From an uncultured Acidimicrobiaceae bacterium (GTDB lineage Bacteria; Actinomycetota; Acidimicrobiia; Acidimicrobiales; RAAP-2), in the NCBI GenBank assembly GCA_963756195.1, contig CAVWMT010000006.1:82206-146205 (forward strand): a DNA stretch of 64,000 nt, written 5' to 3'. Made by a program: the position numbers and the translations under genes. Below the pieces are notes generated by a model that did no database searches, had not been told where the DNA came from, and was given only the letters and a program-made list of their open reading frames with translations. Below are positions 21,947 through 33,580 of the stretch, piece by piece; within the stretch, counting starts at the first letter, position 1; each line of letters begins with the position of its first letter.

Positions 21947-22549
21947 CTAGTGGAGGAGGAAGAGGCAGGAGTAGAGGCCGATCCAGACGACGTCGACGAA
22001 GTGCCAGTAGTAGCTCACACCCTGGAAGACGGCGGTCTCGCCGGGGTCGCCCTTGGGTCCCTTGAGCCGTCCCAGGAGGAAGATCATGGCCACGAGGCCG
22101 AGGGTCACGTGCAGGCCGTGGAGCCCGCTCATGATGTAGAAGAGCGAGCCGTAGGCGGTGTGGGTCGGGTCGGTGGCCGGGTTGTGCGAGAGGCTGATCC
22201 ACTCGTAGAACTGGTTGGCCACGAACATGCCGCCCAGCACGAACGTGGCCCAGATCCACTTCTTGGCGCTGCCCCGCAGGCCCTTCTCCTGGTCGAACAC
22301 GGCCTTTTGCATGGTGAAGCTGGACGACACCAGGACGGCGGTGAAGATGCCGGCCCGGACCACGTCGAGATGGGCGCCGGGCGGCGGCCATATCGAGGCG
22401 TGGGCCCGGATGGTGAAGAAGGCGGCGAACAGCGAGCTGAAGAACATCACCTCGGAGCCGAGCCAGATGATGACCCCGACGGCCAGCAGCGACGGCTTGT
22501 CCGGCCGGTGGCGGACGGCGGCGACGGGCACGTCGGCGGCCAGGGTCAC
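21947..22549 (-). CDS. ctaE: Cytochrome c oxidase subunit III
   Basis: Intact 200 aa: SEVMFFSSLFAAFF, GLHGLHVTLG, YYWHFVDVVWIGLY. Confidence 0.93.
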   Translation of the reverse strand: MTLAADVPVAAVRHRPDKPSLLAVGVIIWLGSEVMFFSSLFAAFFTIRAHASIWPPPGAHLDVVRAGIFTAVLVSSSFTMQKAVFDQEKGLRGSAKKWIWATFVLGGMFVANQFYEWISLSHNPATDPTHTAYGSLFYIMSGLHGLHVTLGLVAMIFLLGRLKGPKGDPGETAVFQGVSYYWHFVDVVWIGLYSCLFLLH

Positions 22550-22755
22550 GCCGTATTCTTAGTCCAACGGCAGCGAGCGGAGCCAACTCATCCGGGCCCG
22601 AGAATTCCGTGGTCGTGCCCCTGTCGGACCCCTGGGTCATGCCCACCTCGACCCCTCTCGGGCCACTCCGGCGGTTCCCTACGACGCACACCCGCCGCGC
22701 CTCCGGCGACGCCGCCGGACGGTCGACACCCGCGCGATCCGTCGGCCGGGTCGAC

Positions 22756-25085
22756 TCAGTCGGCGGCCAGCAGCGGGGCCGGCGGCGGCGTCCGGTAGAC
22801 GACGTTCAGCCGGCGGGTCGGCCGGGTGAGCGCGACGTAGAGGGTGCGAAGGCCCCGGGCCGTCTCGCCGGCGATGAGCCCGGGCTCGACGACCACCACC
22901 GAGTCGAATTCGAGCCCGTTGACCCCTTCGGTGGCCACCAGCACGAGCGGCTCGGACAGGGCGCGTGCGCCGGTCGCGGGCGTCGGTCGCCGGCAGGCCG
23001 GCGGCGCGCAGTCCTTCGGCCAGGACCGGCAGCAGGCGGTCGGGGGCGAGGATGGCCACCTTGCCCTCTCCCACGGCGGCCAGCTCGCCGGCGGCCACCT
23101 CGGCCACCACCCGGGCCGTGTCCCTGTCCCCGGGCTGCCCTCCGGCCGACCCGGCCACCGGGACGAGCCGGGGCTCCTGCCCGGTCCGGCGCACCGGCCG
23201 GGGCGGGGACAGCTCCGGCGCCACCAGGGCCAGGATGCGCCCGGCCAGGGCCAGCACCTCGGCCGGGGTCCGGTAGCTCACGGTGAGCTCGACGGTCCGT
23301 GCCGGCTTGTGGTGCGGCAGGTGCTCGGTGATCTCCGACCACGACGCCGGGGCCCAAGGTGCGGTGGCCTGGGCGATGTCCCCCACCACGGTCATCGACC
23401 CGGAGAGGGATCGCCGGGTGAGCATGCGCAGCTGCATGGGCGAGAGGTCCTGCACCTCGTCGACCACGATGTGGCCGTACTGGCGCAGCTCCTCGCCGCC
23501 GGCGTGCCGGGGCCCGAGCAGGTGACGGGCCTCGTCGACGAGCGCGGCGTCGGCCGCCGTCCACTCGACCTCGTCGAAGGAGGTCGAGCGCGGCCGGTGG
23601 AGGAGCGCCTGCTCCTCGTCGGTGAGGATGCCGCGGGCGGCGGCGGCGATGAGCGGCGGGGCGCCGAAGAGGTCGTGGAGCAGCTCGTGGGGGGACAGGC
23701 GCGGCCACATGCGGTCGAGGGCGGAGGCCAGCTCGGGCACCCGGCGCACCTTGCGCGAGAAGTCCTCGAAGTCGAACTCGTCGTCGGCCAGCTCCGAGGG
23801 GTCCTCGTAGCCGGGGAAGGCACTCACCGCGTCGGGGACACCGATGCCCAGACGCTGCTGGCTCTGGCGGGCCCGCTCGGCCAGCAGTTGGGCCACGCTG
23901 TGCTCGACCTGCCGGCGCCGGGCGTTGTGGGTTCCGGGCCGGCGGCGGGCGCCCTCGACGATGCGGCGGCTCTCGGCTGCGGTGAGGCGGAGAAGCAGGG
24001 CACCGTAGGGAACGGTGAGGTCCTCGGGGAGCGGCCGCTCACGGGTGGCCACGGCCCGGGCGATGACCTTGGCCATGCGCACGTCGCCCTTGAGCCGGGC
24101 CACCTCGACCGGCCCTTCGGCCCGGACGCGGATCTCGGGGACGAGGCCGGAGACCGTCGACAGGGTGACACCGGTCTCGCCCAGCGAGGGCAGCACCTGT
24201 TCGATGTAGCGCAGGAAGAGCGGGTTGGGGCCGACGACGAGCACCCCCTGGCGCTCGAGGGGGAAGCGATGCGCATAGAGCAGGTAGGCGGCCCGGTGGA
24301 GCGCCACCGCCGTCTTCCCCGTCCCCGGGCCTCCCTGGACGACGAGCACGCCGCTCAGCGGGGCGCGGATGATCTCGTCCTGCTCGGCCTGGATGGTCGA
24401 GACGATGTCCTGCATCGACCCGGTGCGGGCCCGGCCGATGGCGGCGAGCAGCGAGGCCGGGCCCCCGATGGGCAGGTCGCTTTCGATGAGGGTGCCCGCG
24501 GTGCCGTCCTCGGCACCCGGGGCACCCTCCTTGGCCGTCGTGAGCACGGGCCGGGGCAGCGGCCCCGTCGATCGGCCCGAAGCGCTCGTCCTCGATCCCG
24601 ACGACCTGGCGACCCTCGAGGGCGAGGTGCCGGCGCAGCACCAGCCCGAGCGGGTTGCGCCCGGTGGCCCGGTAGAAGGGGGCGGCCACCGGGGCACGCC
24701 AGTCGACGACCAGTGGCTCCTGGTCGGCGCCGTGAACGGCCAGCCGACCGATGTGGAAGGTCTCGACGTCGTCGCGCGTCTGCGCATCTGCGCTGTCTGC
24801 CGTGCGCCGTCGCGGTCGCCGTTCGGTGCCGTCGGCGCCGTCGGCCGCCGGACGACGCTGGTCGATGCGGCCGAAGGTCAGCGCCTGGTCGCCGATGTCG
24901 AGCTGCTCGAGCCGGGCCAAGCTGGTGCGGACGATCACGTCCCGCTCGGTGCGCGACTGGAAGGTGCCGCCGCGCCCGAGGTCGAGCACGCCCTCCATCA
25001 TCGATTGGGCGTCGGCCCGCATGGCGTCGAGGCGCTCGTAGGCCATGTCCACGAACCGTTGCTCGACCACAAGCTCGGACTCCAC
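22756..25085 (-). pseudogene. helD: HelD-like UvrD/Rep-family helicase (RNA-polymerase-associated type), two frame shifts
   Basis: The N-terminus ELVVEQRFVDMAYERLDAMR ... VVDWRAPVAAPFYRAT is in ORF 24039..25532. Walker A GGPGTGKTAVALHRAAYL and VVDEVQDL are in ORF 22679..24787. The C-terminus LVATEGVNGLEFDSVVVVEP...YVALTRPTRRL is in ORF 22756..22944. Shifts lie near 24550 and 22955-22965. GTG 25085 follows ggaggt. Confidence 0.8.
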
Positions 25086-25374
25086 CCAACCTCCGATCCG
25101 GCCGCCGATCGGTTCGGCGGGGCACGTGGGAACCTTCGATTCTACGCCCCGCGACCGCTGACTCCGGACTCGCCCGTGACGACCGCGCTCGACCGTCGGC
25201 GAGCCTCGGCGGCGACGCGATTCGACGAGCCCGCTCCCGTCGGTCCAGGTCGACCGCCCTCTCCTAGACTCGGGCGGTGATGGCGACGGCTGGTGCGACC
25301 ACGGGGACGACCGCCAGGCCAGGAGCGCGCACGGGCCGCGCCGGACGGCGGAGTGGTCCGGGAACCGCCATCCG

Positions 25375-26441
25375 GTGCCTGATCCGACCGGCACCACAGA
25401 GCGGTCGCCCTTCCTGCGGGCCTGTCGCCGGCTGGACGTCGAGCGGGTGCCGGTGTGGTTCATGCGCCAGGCCGGGCGATCCCTGCCCGAGTACCGCGCC
25501 GCCCGGGGCACGGGCAGCATCCTCGAGGCCATCGCCCAGCCCGAGCTGGCCGCCGAGCTGACCCGCCAGCCCGTCGATCGCTACGGCACCGACGCCGCCA
25601 TCCTCTTCTCCGACATCGTGGTGCCGGTGGCGGCCATCGGCTTCGGCGTCGAGGTGGCGCCGGGCACGGGCCCGGTGGTCGACCGGCCCTTCCGCACGAA
25701 GGAGGACCTGCACCGGCTGCGCCCCTTCGAGCCGCCGCTCGACGCTCCCTACGTGGGCGAGACGGTGGCCCAGCTGGCGGCCGAGCTGGCCGTGCCCCTC
25801 ATCGGCTTCGCCGGCGGGCCCTTCACCGTGGCCAGCTACCTGGTCGAAGGGCGGTCCGTCGCGGACCTACGCCACCGTCAAGTCGCTGATGTGCACCGAG
25901 CCGGCGCTGTGGCACGCGCTCATGGACCGGCTCGCCGACATCGCCGTGGTCTCGCTGCGGTCCCAGCTCGACGCCGGGGCCGCCGCCGTGCAGGTGTTCG
26001 ACTCGTGGGCCGGAGCGCTCGGCCCCCACCACTACCGGCGGTTCGTGCTGCCCGCCACCCGCCGGGTCTTCGACGAGCTGGCCGCCACCCACCCGGACGC
26101 GCCCTCCATCCTCTTCGGGGTGGGCACCGGCGAGCTCCTGCCGGCGATGGCCGAGGCCGGCAGCACGGTGGTGGGCGTGGACTGGCGGGTGCCCGCTCGA
26201 CGAGGCCCGGCGGCGGATCGGACCCGGCATCGCCGTCCAGGGCAACCTCGACCCCGCCCTGTGCCTGGCCCCGTGGGCCGTGGTCAAAGAGGAGACACGC
26301 GCCGTGCTCGAGCAGGCCGGCGACGAGCCCGGCCACATCTTCAACCTGGGCCACGGCGTGCTCCCCGAGACCGACCCGTCGATCCTCGAGCGGGTGGTCG
26401 AGCTCGTGCACGCCGAGGGCCGGGCCGGAGTGCGCAGGTGA
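25375..26441 (+). pseudogene. hemE: Uroporphyrinogen decarboxylase, two frame shifts
   Basis: Contains PVWFMRQAGRSLPEYR. The middle part (GPSRTYATVKSLMCTEPALWHALMDRL...DSWAG) is in the frame of ORF 25889... The end (LDEARRRIGPGIAVQGNLDP...GHIFNLGHGV...) is in the third frame and stops at 26439-26441. Shifts lie near 25850 and 26195. Confidence 0.9.
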
Positions 26442-26465
26442 GCCGACGCCACCTCGCCCACCGGC

Positions 26466-27474
26466 GTGCTGGTCATGGCCCACGGCACGCCGGCATCGGC
26501 CGGCGAGGTCGAGGCCTTCTACACGTCCATCCGCCGCGGCGCAGCCGCCACCGCCCGAGCTGCTGGCCGAGCTCGAGGACCGCTACCGGGCCATCGGCGG
26601 CCTCTCCCCGCTCACCGAGATCACCCGCTCGCAGGTGGCCGGCCTGGCCGCCGAGCTCGAGGCCCGGGCACCGGGTCGCTACGTCGTCGCCTACGGGGCC
26701 AAGCACGTACGGCCGAGCATCGAGGAGGGGGCGGCCGAGCTGGTGGAGGCGGGCGTCGGACGGGTGGTGGGCATCGTGCTCACCCCCCACGAGTCGTCGC
26801 TCGGCTCCGGCTCCTACCTCGAGCGGGCGGAGGCGGCGCTCACGGCCACGTCGCCGGCCTCCGGGCCGCCGGTGGCGTTCGTGGCCGTGCGCTCGTGGCA
26901 CCGCACGGAGGGCTTCTGCCGACCTGCTGGCCGAACGCACGGAGCGCTCGCTCGCCTCGCTGGCGCCGTCGGCGCGACGCAAGGTGGCTCTGTTCTTCAC
27001 CGCCCACAGCGTCCCCCGACGGGCCCTGGCCAAGAGCGATCCCTATCCCCGCCAGGTGGCCGAGTCGGCCACCGATGTCGCCGCCCGTCTCGGGCTCGAC
27101 GATGTCGAGAGGACTGACGTGGGCCGTGGCCTGGCAGAGCGCCGGTCGCACGTCCGACCCGTGGATCGGGCCCGAGCCTCCTCGCCGAGATCGACCGGGC
27201 GGCAGACCGGGGCGCCACGGCCGTCGTGGTGTGCCCGGTGGGGTTCGTCGCCGACCACCTCGAGATCCTCTACGACCTCGACATCGAGGCCGCCCGGGCG
27301 GCAGCGGCCCGCGGCCTGGCCTTCGCCCGCACGCCCTCGCTCAACGACGACCCGCGCTTTTGCGCCGTGCTGGCCCGCGCCGTCGAGTCGGCGGCCGAGG
27401 GTCACCCGAGTGCAGAGCGCGTGCCGGCCAACGACGACGCCGCCGCCACGGGCTCGGGGGCCCGGCATGGGTGA
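26466..27474 (+). pseudogene. hemH: Ferrochelatase (coproporphyrin-type expected in Actinobacteria), about 4 frame shifts
   Basis: Segments lie in alternating frames: LVMAHGTPASAGEVEAFYTSIRRG; PPPPELLAELEDRYRAIGGLSPLTEITR; VALFFTAHSVPRRALAKSDPYPRQV; WAVAWQSAGRT; VVVCPVGFVADHLEILYDLDIEA. A GTG at 26438 overlaps the hemE stop but is out of frame. Confidence 0.85.
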
Positions 27475-28960
27475 GCCCCGGCCCACGGTCGCCGTCATCG
27501 GGGGCGGCATCGCCGGGCTGGCCGCCGCCTGGGAGCTCGTGGCCGGCAGCGCCGACAGCGGTCCGGCTCCCCGACGTGGTGGTGCTCGAAGCCGAGGGTC
27601 GCGTGGGCGGCCGGCTGGCCGGCGGCCCGTTCGCCGGGCGCACCATCGACCTCGGCCGCCGACGCCTTCGTGGCCCGACGCCCCGAGGCCGTCAGCCTCT
27701 GCGGTGAGCTCGGGCTGGACGACGAGCTGGTCCCGGCGGCAACGACGGGCGCGTCGGTGTGGGCCCGCGGGCGCCTGCGCCGGTTGCCCGACGCGCTCAA
27801 CCTCGGGGTGCCCACCCGGTGGACGCCACTGGCTCGCTCGGGCATCCTCTCTCCCGGAGAGGCACTGGCGGTGGCCGCAGACCTGCTCCGACCGCACCGA
27901 CGATCCGAGCCGATCTCGGCGACCGCGCCGTCGGGGACATCGTCGAGCAGCCGGCTCGGCCGCCCGGTGGTCGACAGGCTGGTGGACCCGCTGGTCGGGG
28001 GGATCCATGCCGGCAGCGTCGACGAGCTGAGCGCGGCGGCCCTCTTCCCCCTCCTCATCGCCGCCGATCAGCAGCCCGGGAGTTTCATGCGCCGGCTGCG
28101 TCGGGCCCAGCCGGCCGCTGACCCGTCGACGCCCACCTTCCTCTCGCTGACGTCGGGGGCGGCCAGCCTCGCCGACCATCTGGCCGACGCGCTCGTCGGA
28201 CGGGGCGTCGGGATCCGCCGTGGGGTACGGGTCGACGCCGTGGAGCGGGGGACGGGAACGGGTCGCGGCCCACCCGCTTCGCCCTCTCCCTGCATCGTCA
28301 GGACGGACGCCTGTGGACATGGGCGCCCACGGCACCGACGGAGCCGACGAGCGGAGTGCTCGAGGCCGACGCCGTCGTCATCGCCGCCCCCGCCCCCGAG
28401 GCCGCCGTCCTCCTCGCACCCCTGGCCCCGGTGGCCGCCGGCCTGCTCAGCGCCATCTCCTACGCCTCGGTGGCCGTGATCACCGTGGCCCTCCCGCCTG
28501 GCACCATCGGGACCCGCCCGGGAACCGGATTCCTCGTTCCGCGCACGTCGTCGGTCGACGGCCGGCCGCCGCTCGTCACCGCGTGCACCTACCTCGACCG
28601 GAAGTGGCCGCACCTCGGCCGTCCGGGGCACGAGCTCGTGCGGCTGTCGGTCGGCCGCCACGGGGACGATCGACACGCCGACCTCGACGACGACGAGCTC
28701 GTGGTCAGCGGCCACCGGAGAGCTGGCCGCCATGCTGGGCACACCGGCGGCGGCGACACCCGTCGACGCCATGGTCACCCGTTTCCCACAGGCCTTCCCG
28801 CAGTACGCCGTGGGCCACCTCATCCGCGTGTCGCAGATCATGGAGGACGTCGCACGCCGTGGGCGGCCTGGCCGTGGCCGGCGCCGCCTACCGGGGTGTG
28901 GGCATTCCCGCCTGCATCGGCAGTGGACGCGACGCGGCCCGTCAGGTGTCCTCGCCGCCG
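27467..28960 (+). pseudogene. hemY: Protoporphyrinogen/coproporphyrinogen oxidase (HemY/CgoX), at least 6 frame shifts; 3' end unresolved
   Basis: Segments are spread over all three frames: FAD motif VAVIGGGIAGLAAAWEL; DVVVLEAEGRVGGRL; VVDRLVDPLVGGIHAGSVDELS; VLEADAVVIAAPAPEAAVLL; GFLVPR...LVTACTYLDRKWPHL; MVTRFPQAFPQYAVGH; AGAAYRGVGIPACIGSGRDAA. I could not place the stop codon (candidates lie between about 28950 and 29157). Confidence 0.8.
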
Positions 28961-29132
28961 TCCAGCCGGTGGCGGCCGGGCTCGAGCCGGGCGATGAGCA
29001 CGGAGCCGGCCCTCCGGGGGATCCTTCCGGGGCCGACCGGCCATCAGCAGCCGTCCGGCGAGCGAGCCGCGCACGGCACGCCCCGACTGGCGTCCGTCGA
29101 CCATCCGCATCACCCACCGGCGACATTCGTCG

Positions 29133-30731
29133 GTGGCGCCGCGACGAGGGACGGTGATCGTCCCCGCCCTGGCCGCCGGCGTGGGACTTGCCCTGTCGCT
29201 CCCGCCATGGGGCTTTTGGATCGTGGCCTTCCCGGCGGCGGGGATCTTCTGGTGGCGTCTCGGAGGCCTCCGTCGGCCCGCACCCGGTGGTGGACGGGAT
29301 GGCTGGTCGGCCTCGGGTGCTACGGGCCCGGCCTCATGTGGGCTCGGGCCTTCACCCTTCCCGGTGCCATCGTCCTCATCGTCGTCGAGTCGGCCTTCAT
29401 GGCCTTCGGCGCCCTCGTCGTCCCGCGGGGACCGCTCGTGGCCAGGGTCCTCTGCTTCCCGGCGGCCATGACCCTGGCCGAGGCGGCCCGGATGGCCTGG
29501 CCGTTCGGCGGTCTGCCCATCGGCGGCGTCTTCCTCGGCCAGGCCGGCGGTCCCGTCCTGGGACTGGCCCGCCTGGGCGGCCCGCTGGCCCTGACCGCCG
29601 CCGTCTACGTCGGCGGAACCGGTCTCGGCGCGCTGGCCGAATGGGCGGTCCGCTCGGTCCGGGGCGGACACCGGGCTCGCGTCTTCGGCCGCAGCCCGTG
29701 GGCGCTCGGGACCGGCAACGGGCTGGCCCGGGGGGCGATGGCCGGGCTCGGCGCGCTCTTCGGTCTCGGCGTCGCTGTGCCTGGTCGTGGTGGCCGGGTC
29801 GGTGGCCGTCGCCGACCATGCGCCGGACGGCGGGCCGCCGGTGGGACAGGTCACGACGGCGGCCATCCAAGGCGGCGGCAAGCGCGGCTACAGCGGGCAC
29901 AGCCGGATCCGGCCACCGTGCTCGCCGCCCAGCAGGCGGCAACCGGGCAGATGGCGAAGATCGACGGCGGACGGAACCCCGAGCTCGTGCTCTGGCCCGA
30001 GGACGTGGTCTCCCTCGACGGAGCGCTCAGGGGTTCGTCGGAGGAGCAGGCGCTCTCCACCCTCGCCCGGCACCTGCACACCACGCTGCGTCGTCGGGGT
30101 GACCGAGACGGTGTCCGCTACCTCCTTCCGCAACGAGATCGTGGCCTTCGGCCCCGACGGCCGTCTGGTCGCTCGCTACGAGAAGGTCCACCGCGTGCCC
30201 TTCGGCGAGTACGTCCCCTTCCGCGGCTTCTTCTCGCATTTGGTCAGCCTCTCGGGCGTGCCGCGGGACGCCATCCCGGGCACCGGCTCCGGCCTCATGG
30301 CCACGCCGGCCGGGCCGCTCGGGGCCATGGTCTCCTACGAGGTGTTCTACGCCGACCGGGGGCGCGCCTCGGTGCGGGCCGGTGCCGAGCTGCTCGTGGT
30401 GCCGACCAACACCTCTTCCTACTCCACCGCGCAGGTTCCCACCCAGGAGATCGCCGCCGCCGAGGTGCAGGCGGTCGAGCAGGGCCGCGACCTGCTCCAG
30501 GCCGCCCCCACCGGGTACAGCGCGGCCATCACCAACCGGGGCATGCTGCTCGACCGCTCGGTGCTCGGCGCTCGCCAGGTGGTCTTCGCCAACCTCGCCC
30601 TGCGCCGGGGCACGACGCCGTACGTGCGAGCAGGCGACCTGCCCATGCTGATCATCGCCGCGGCCGCGCTGCTGCTCGGCTGGTTGGTGGCCTGGCGCCG
30701 GGCCGGTGGCGACGGACCGGCCTACCGCTGA
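29133..30731 (+). pseudogene. lnt: Apolipoprotein N-acyltransferase-like (Lnt; TM domain + CN-hydrolase domain), at least 3 frame shifts
   Basis: TM part: LSLPPWGFWIVAFPAAGIFWW; WLVGLGCYGPGLMWARAF; AAMTLAEAARMAWPFGGLPIGG. CN-hydrolase part, in ORF 29787..30731: LVLWPEDVV (in another frame), YEKVHRVPFGEYVPF, GAMVSYEVFY. C-terminal TM: LPMLIIAAAALLLGWLV. Confidence 0.8.
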
Positions 30732-30852
30732 TCCTTGTCAGCGGAATTCGACAGAGCACAGCGAACTTCGACGATATTTCTGCCCCGATCGTCCCGGATC
30801 CCCGTTCGATCGCCCTCGGTCTGGTCGTCATCGCAGGCCGGTCAGCAAGCGC

Positions 30853-31401
30853 TCAGTCGTAGTAACCCGAGTGGATGTACACACAAGGGATCCCCTCGGC
30901 GTGGAACATGGCGAAGTTGTGCGGATCGTCCTCGAAGGCGAGGCGAAGGTCGAACCCGTAGTCGCGCAGCTCTTCGACCGCATCGCGCTTGAACCACGTG
31001 ACCTGGGCGTAGTCCCCCCGGGCTCGCATCACGAGCAGATCCCAGCGCAGCCCGTAGCGGTCGAGCCAGGCCAGGGTCTGGGGCTGAACCCGCATGGGGC
31101 GGCCGGTGAGCAAGATGACCTGCAGCCGGGCGTCGAGCAACTCGAGCACCCGGGCCAGCTCCTCGATGACCGGGTCGTCGCCGCACGCCTCGAAGAACGA
31201 GTCCCAGTCGCGCCGGCCCCGTTCGAGGAAGTGCTGGCGACCGACGGCGTCGGAGAGCACACCGTCGACGTCGAAGACGACCGCCTCGCCAGGGCGGTCG
31301 ATCGGCGCCCCGTGCCATGCCCAGTTGGCCGGCCACCTGCGCCCCCGGCCTCTGCCCGGCTCGGGCCGGTGGCCGGAGCTCACGACGGGCTGGTCCGTCA
31401 C
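30853..31401 (-). CDS. HAD-superfamily phosphatase-like protein (polynucleotide-phosphatase-like small HAD)
   Basis: GTG 31401 overlaps the acs stop (GTGA). Motif I is [11 protein letters not shown], motif II is ILLTGRP, and the acidic motif is AFEDDPHN. The 879-aa track ORF is a fusion artefact with acs. Confidence 0.65.
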   Translation of the reverse strand: MTDQPVVSSGHRPEPGRGRGRRWPANWAWHGAPIDRPGEAVVFDVDGVLSDAVGRQHFLERGRRDWDSFFEACGDDPVIEELARVLELLDARLQVILLTGRPMRVQPQTLAWLDRYGLRWDLLVMRARGDYAQVTWFKRDAVEELRDYGFDLRLAFEDDPHNFAMFHAEGIPCVYIHSGYYD

Positions 31402-33492
31402 TCTTCCGTCGGCGCCGCCGCGGCCAGGCGGCGGATCTCCTCGACGACTGCCGGGTCGGCCAGGGTGGTGGTGTCGCCGAGCACCCTCCCATCGGCCACG
31501 TCGCGCAACAGCCGGCGCATGATCTTCCCGCTCCTGGTCTTGGGCAGCTCGTCGGTGAAGACCACGTTCCGGGGGCGGGCGATGGGGCCGATCTTTTCGG
31601 CCACGTGAAGCGCGGAGCTCCTGCCCGCGTTCGTCGTTGCCCGGACCGCCATCGGATCGCAGGGTCACGAAGGCCACGATGGCCTGGCCCGTGGTCGGGT
31701 CGTTGGCCCCGACCACGGCCGCCTCGGCCACCGACCAATGATCGACGAGAGCGGACTCGACCTCGGTCGTCGAGATGCGGTGACCCGAGATGTTCATCAC
31801 ATCGTCGACGCGGCCGAGCAGCCAGAAGTAGCCCTCGTCGTCGATCTTGGCGCCGTCACCGGCGAAGTACCGGTCCTCGAACCGGCTCCAGTACGTCTGC
31901 CGGTAGCGCTCGGGGTCTCCGTAGATGCCGCGGAGCATGGCTGGCCACGGCGCGGTGAGTGTGAGGTAGCCGCCGCCCCGTTCGACACGGTGGCCGGACT
32001 CGTCGACCACCTCGGCGCTGATGCCGGGCAACGGGAAGGTCGCCGAGCCCGGCTTGGTGGCGGTGATGCCGGGCAGTGGCGAGATAATGATGGCCCCCGT
32101 CTCCGTCTGCCACCAGGTGTCGACCACCGGGCACCGGCCGCCGCCGATGGTTGTCTGGTACCACATCCAGGCCTCGGGGTTGATGGGCTCGCCTACGCTG
32201 CCGAGCACCCGCAGCGTGGATAGTTCGTGCCGACCGGGGTACTCCGTGCCCCACTTCATGAAGGTGCGGATAGCGGTGGGCGCGCAGTAGAGGATGGTGA
32301 CGCCGTATCGCTCGACGATGGACCACCAGCGGTCGCGGTCGGGGAAGTCGGGGGTGCCCTCGTACATGACGGAGGTGGCACCGTTGGCCAGGGGCCCGTA
32401 GACGATGTAGCTGTGCCCGGTCACCCAGCCGATGTCGGCCGCGCACCAGTAGACGTCGGTGTCGGGATGCAGGTCGAAGACCGCCCGGTGGGTGTAGGCC
32501 ACCTGGGTGAGGTAGCCCCCGGTGGTGTGCATGATCCCCTTGGGGACGGCCGTCGTGCCCGAGGTGTAGAGGAGGAAGAGGAGGTCCTCGGCGTCCATGT
32601 GCTCGGGCTCACAGGTAGGCGACGGCGCTCCCCCGGCGGCGGCGTCCTGCCCGGAGACGAGCTCGTGCCACCAGTGGTCCCGACCGGCGGTCATCGGCGT
32701 CGGCGGCACCGCCGCGGCTCGAGCGGCACCGGAGTCGCCGTCGGTGGCGCGGCCGGCGGCCGGGTCCGAGATCCGTCGGGCCACCACCACGTGGTCGACG
32801 CAGGGCGTCTCGGACGTCGCCGCGTCGACATGCGGCTTGAGGGGCACGGGGGTGCCGCGCCGCCAGCCACCATCGGCAGTCACGACCACCTTGGCCTGAG
32901 CGTCGAGGATCCGGTCGCGGAGCGCCTCGGCCGAGAAGCCACCGAAGACGACCGAATGGGCGGCCCCGATGCGGGTGCAGGCCAGCATGGCCACCGGCAG
33001 CTCGGGGATCATCGGCATGTAGATGGCCACCCGATCGCCCCGCCGGACCCCAAGCCCGCGGAAGACGTTGGCGAAGCGGGCCACCTCGGCGAGGAGCTCG
33101 CCGTAGGTGACGGTCCGGGTGTCGCCGGGCTCGCCCTCCCAGTGGAAGGCCACCTTGTCGCCGCGGCCGGCAGCCACGTGCCGGTCGAGGCAGTTGTAGG
33201 AGACGTTCAAGGTGCCGCCGGTGAACCATCGTGCGAAGGGAAGGTCCCACTCGAGCACGCGGTCCCAGGCGCGGAACCAATCGAGGGCTCCGGCCTGCTC
33301 CGCCCAGAAGTCGGATCCGGCGGCCTCGGCTCGCTTGTAGACCTTCGGGTCCGACACCACCGCCTGGGCGGCGAAGGACTCGGGCGGCGGAAAACGGCGG
33401 TCCTCGGTGAACCAATCCTCGATGGTGGCGGCCGTCCCCGCCCCGCCGACCTCGGCTCCCCCTCCATGCTGCGGTCCGGCGTCCTCGGCCAT
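31398..33492 (-). CDS. acs: Acetyl-CoA synthetase (AMP-forming), one frame shift near 31609
   Basis: Contains [20 protein letters not shown] and WWQTETG. The C-terminus [34 protein letters not shown]...APTEE-stop is in ORF 31398..31652, one base out of frame with ORF 30853..33492. Confidence 0.92.
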
Positions 33493-33580
33493 CGCTGGCG
33501 TCCTCCCTGGTGGCGGCGGTAACGGCCCGCCTGCGCTGTGCTTCAGCCTAACGGCGGCAGCCCTCTACGATTGATGGGTC

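Noticed and set aside
28942-29130. Possible small minus-strand ORF between hemY and lnt (...SVLIARLEPGRHRLDGGEDT-stop at 28942).
   Set aside because: It requires at least one frame shift of its own, has no recognisable family or RBS, and overlaps the unresolved 3' end of hemY. I cannot support it.
25889-30862. Programmed ribosomal frameshifting as an explanation for the broken heme and lnt genes.
   Set aside because: There are too many shifts per gene (up to 6 or more), in both directions, with no slippery heptamers or downstream structures. The same pattern occurs in unrelated genes across the window.
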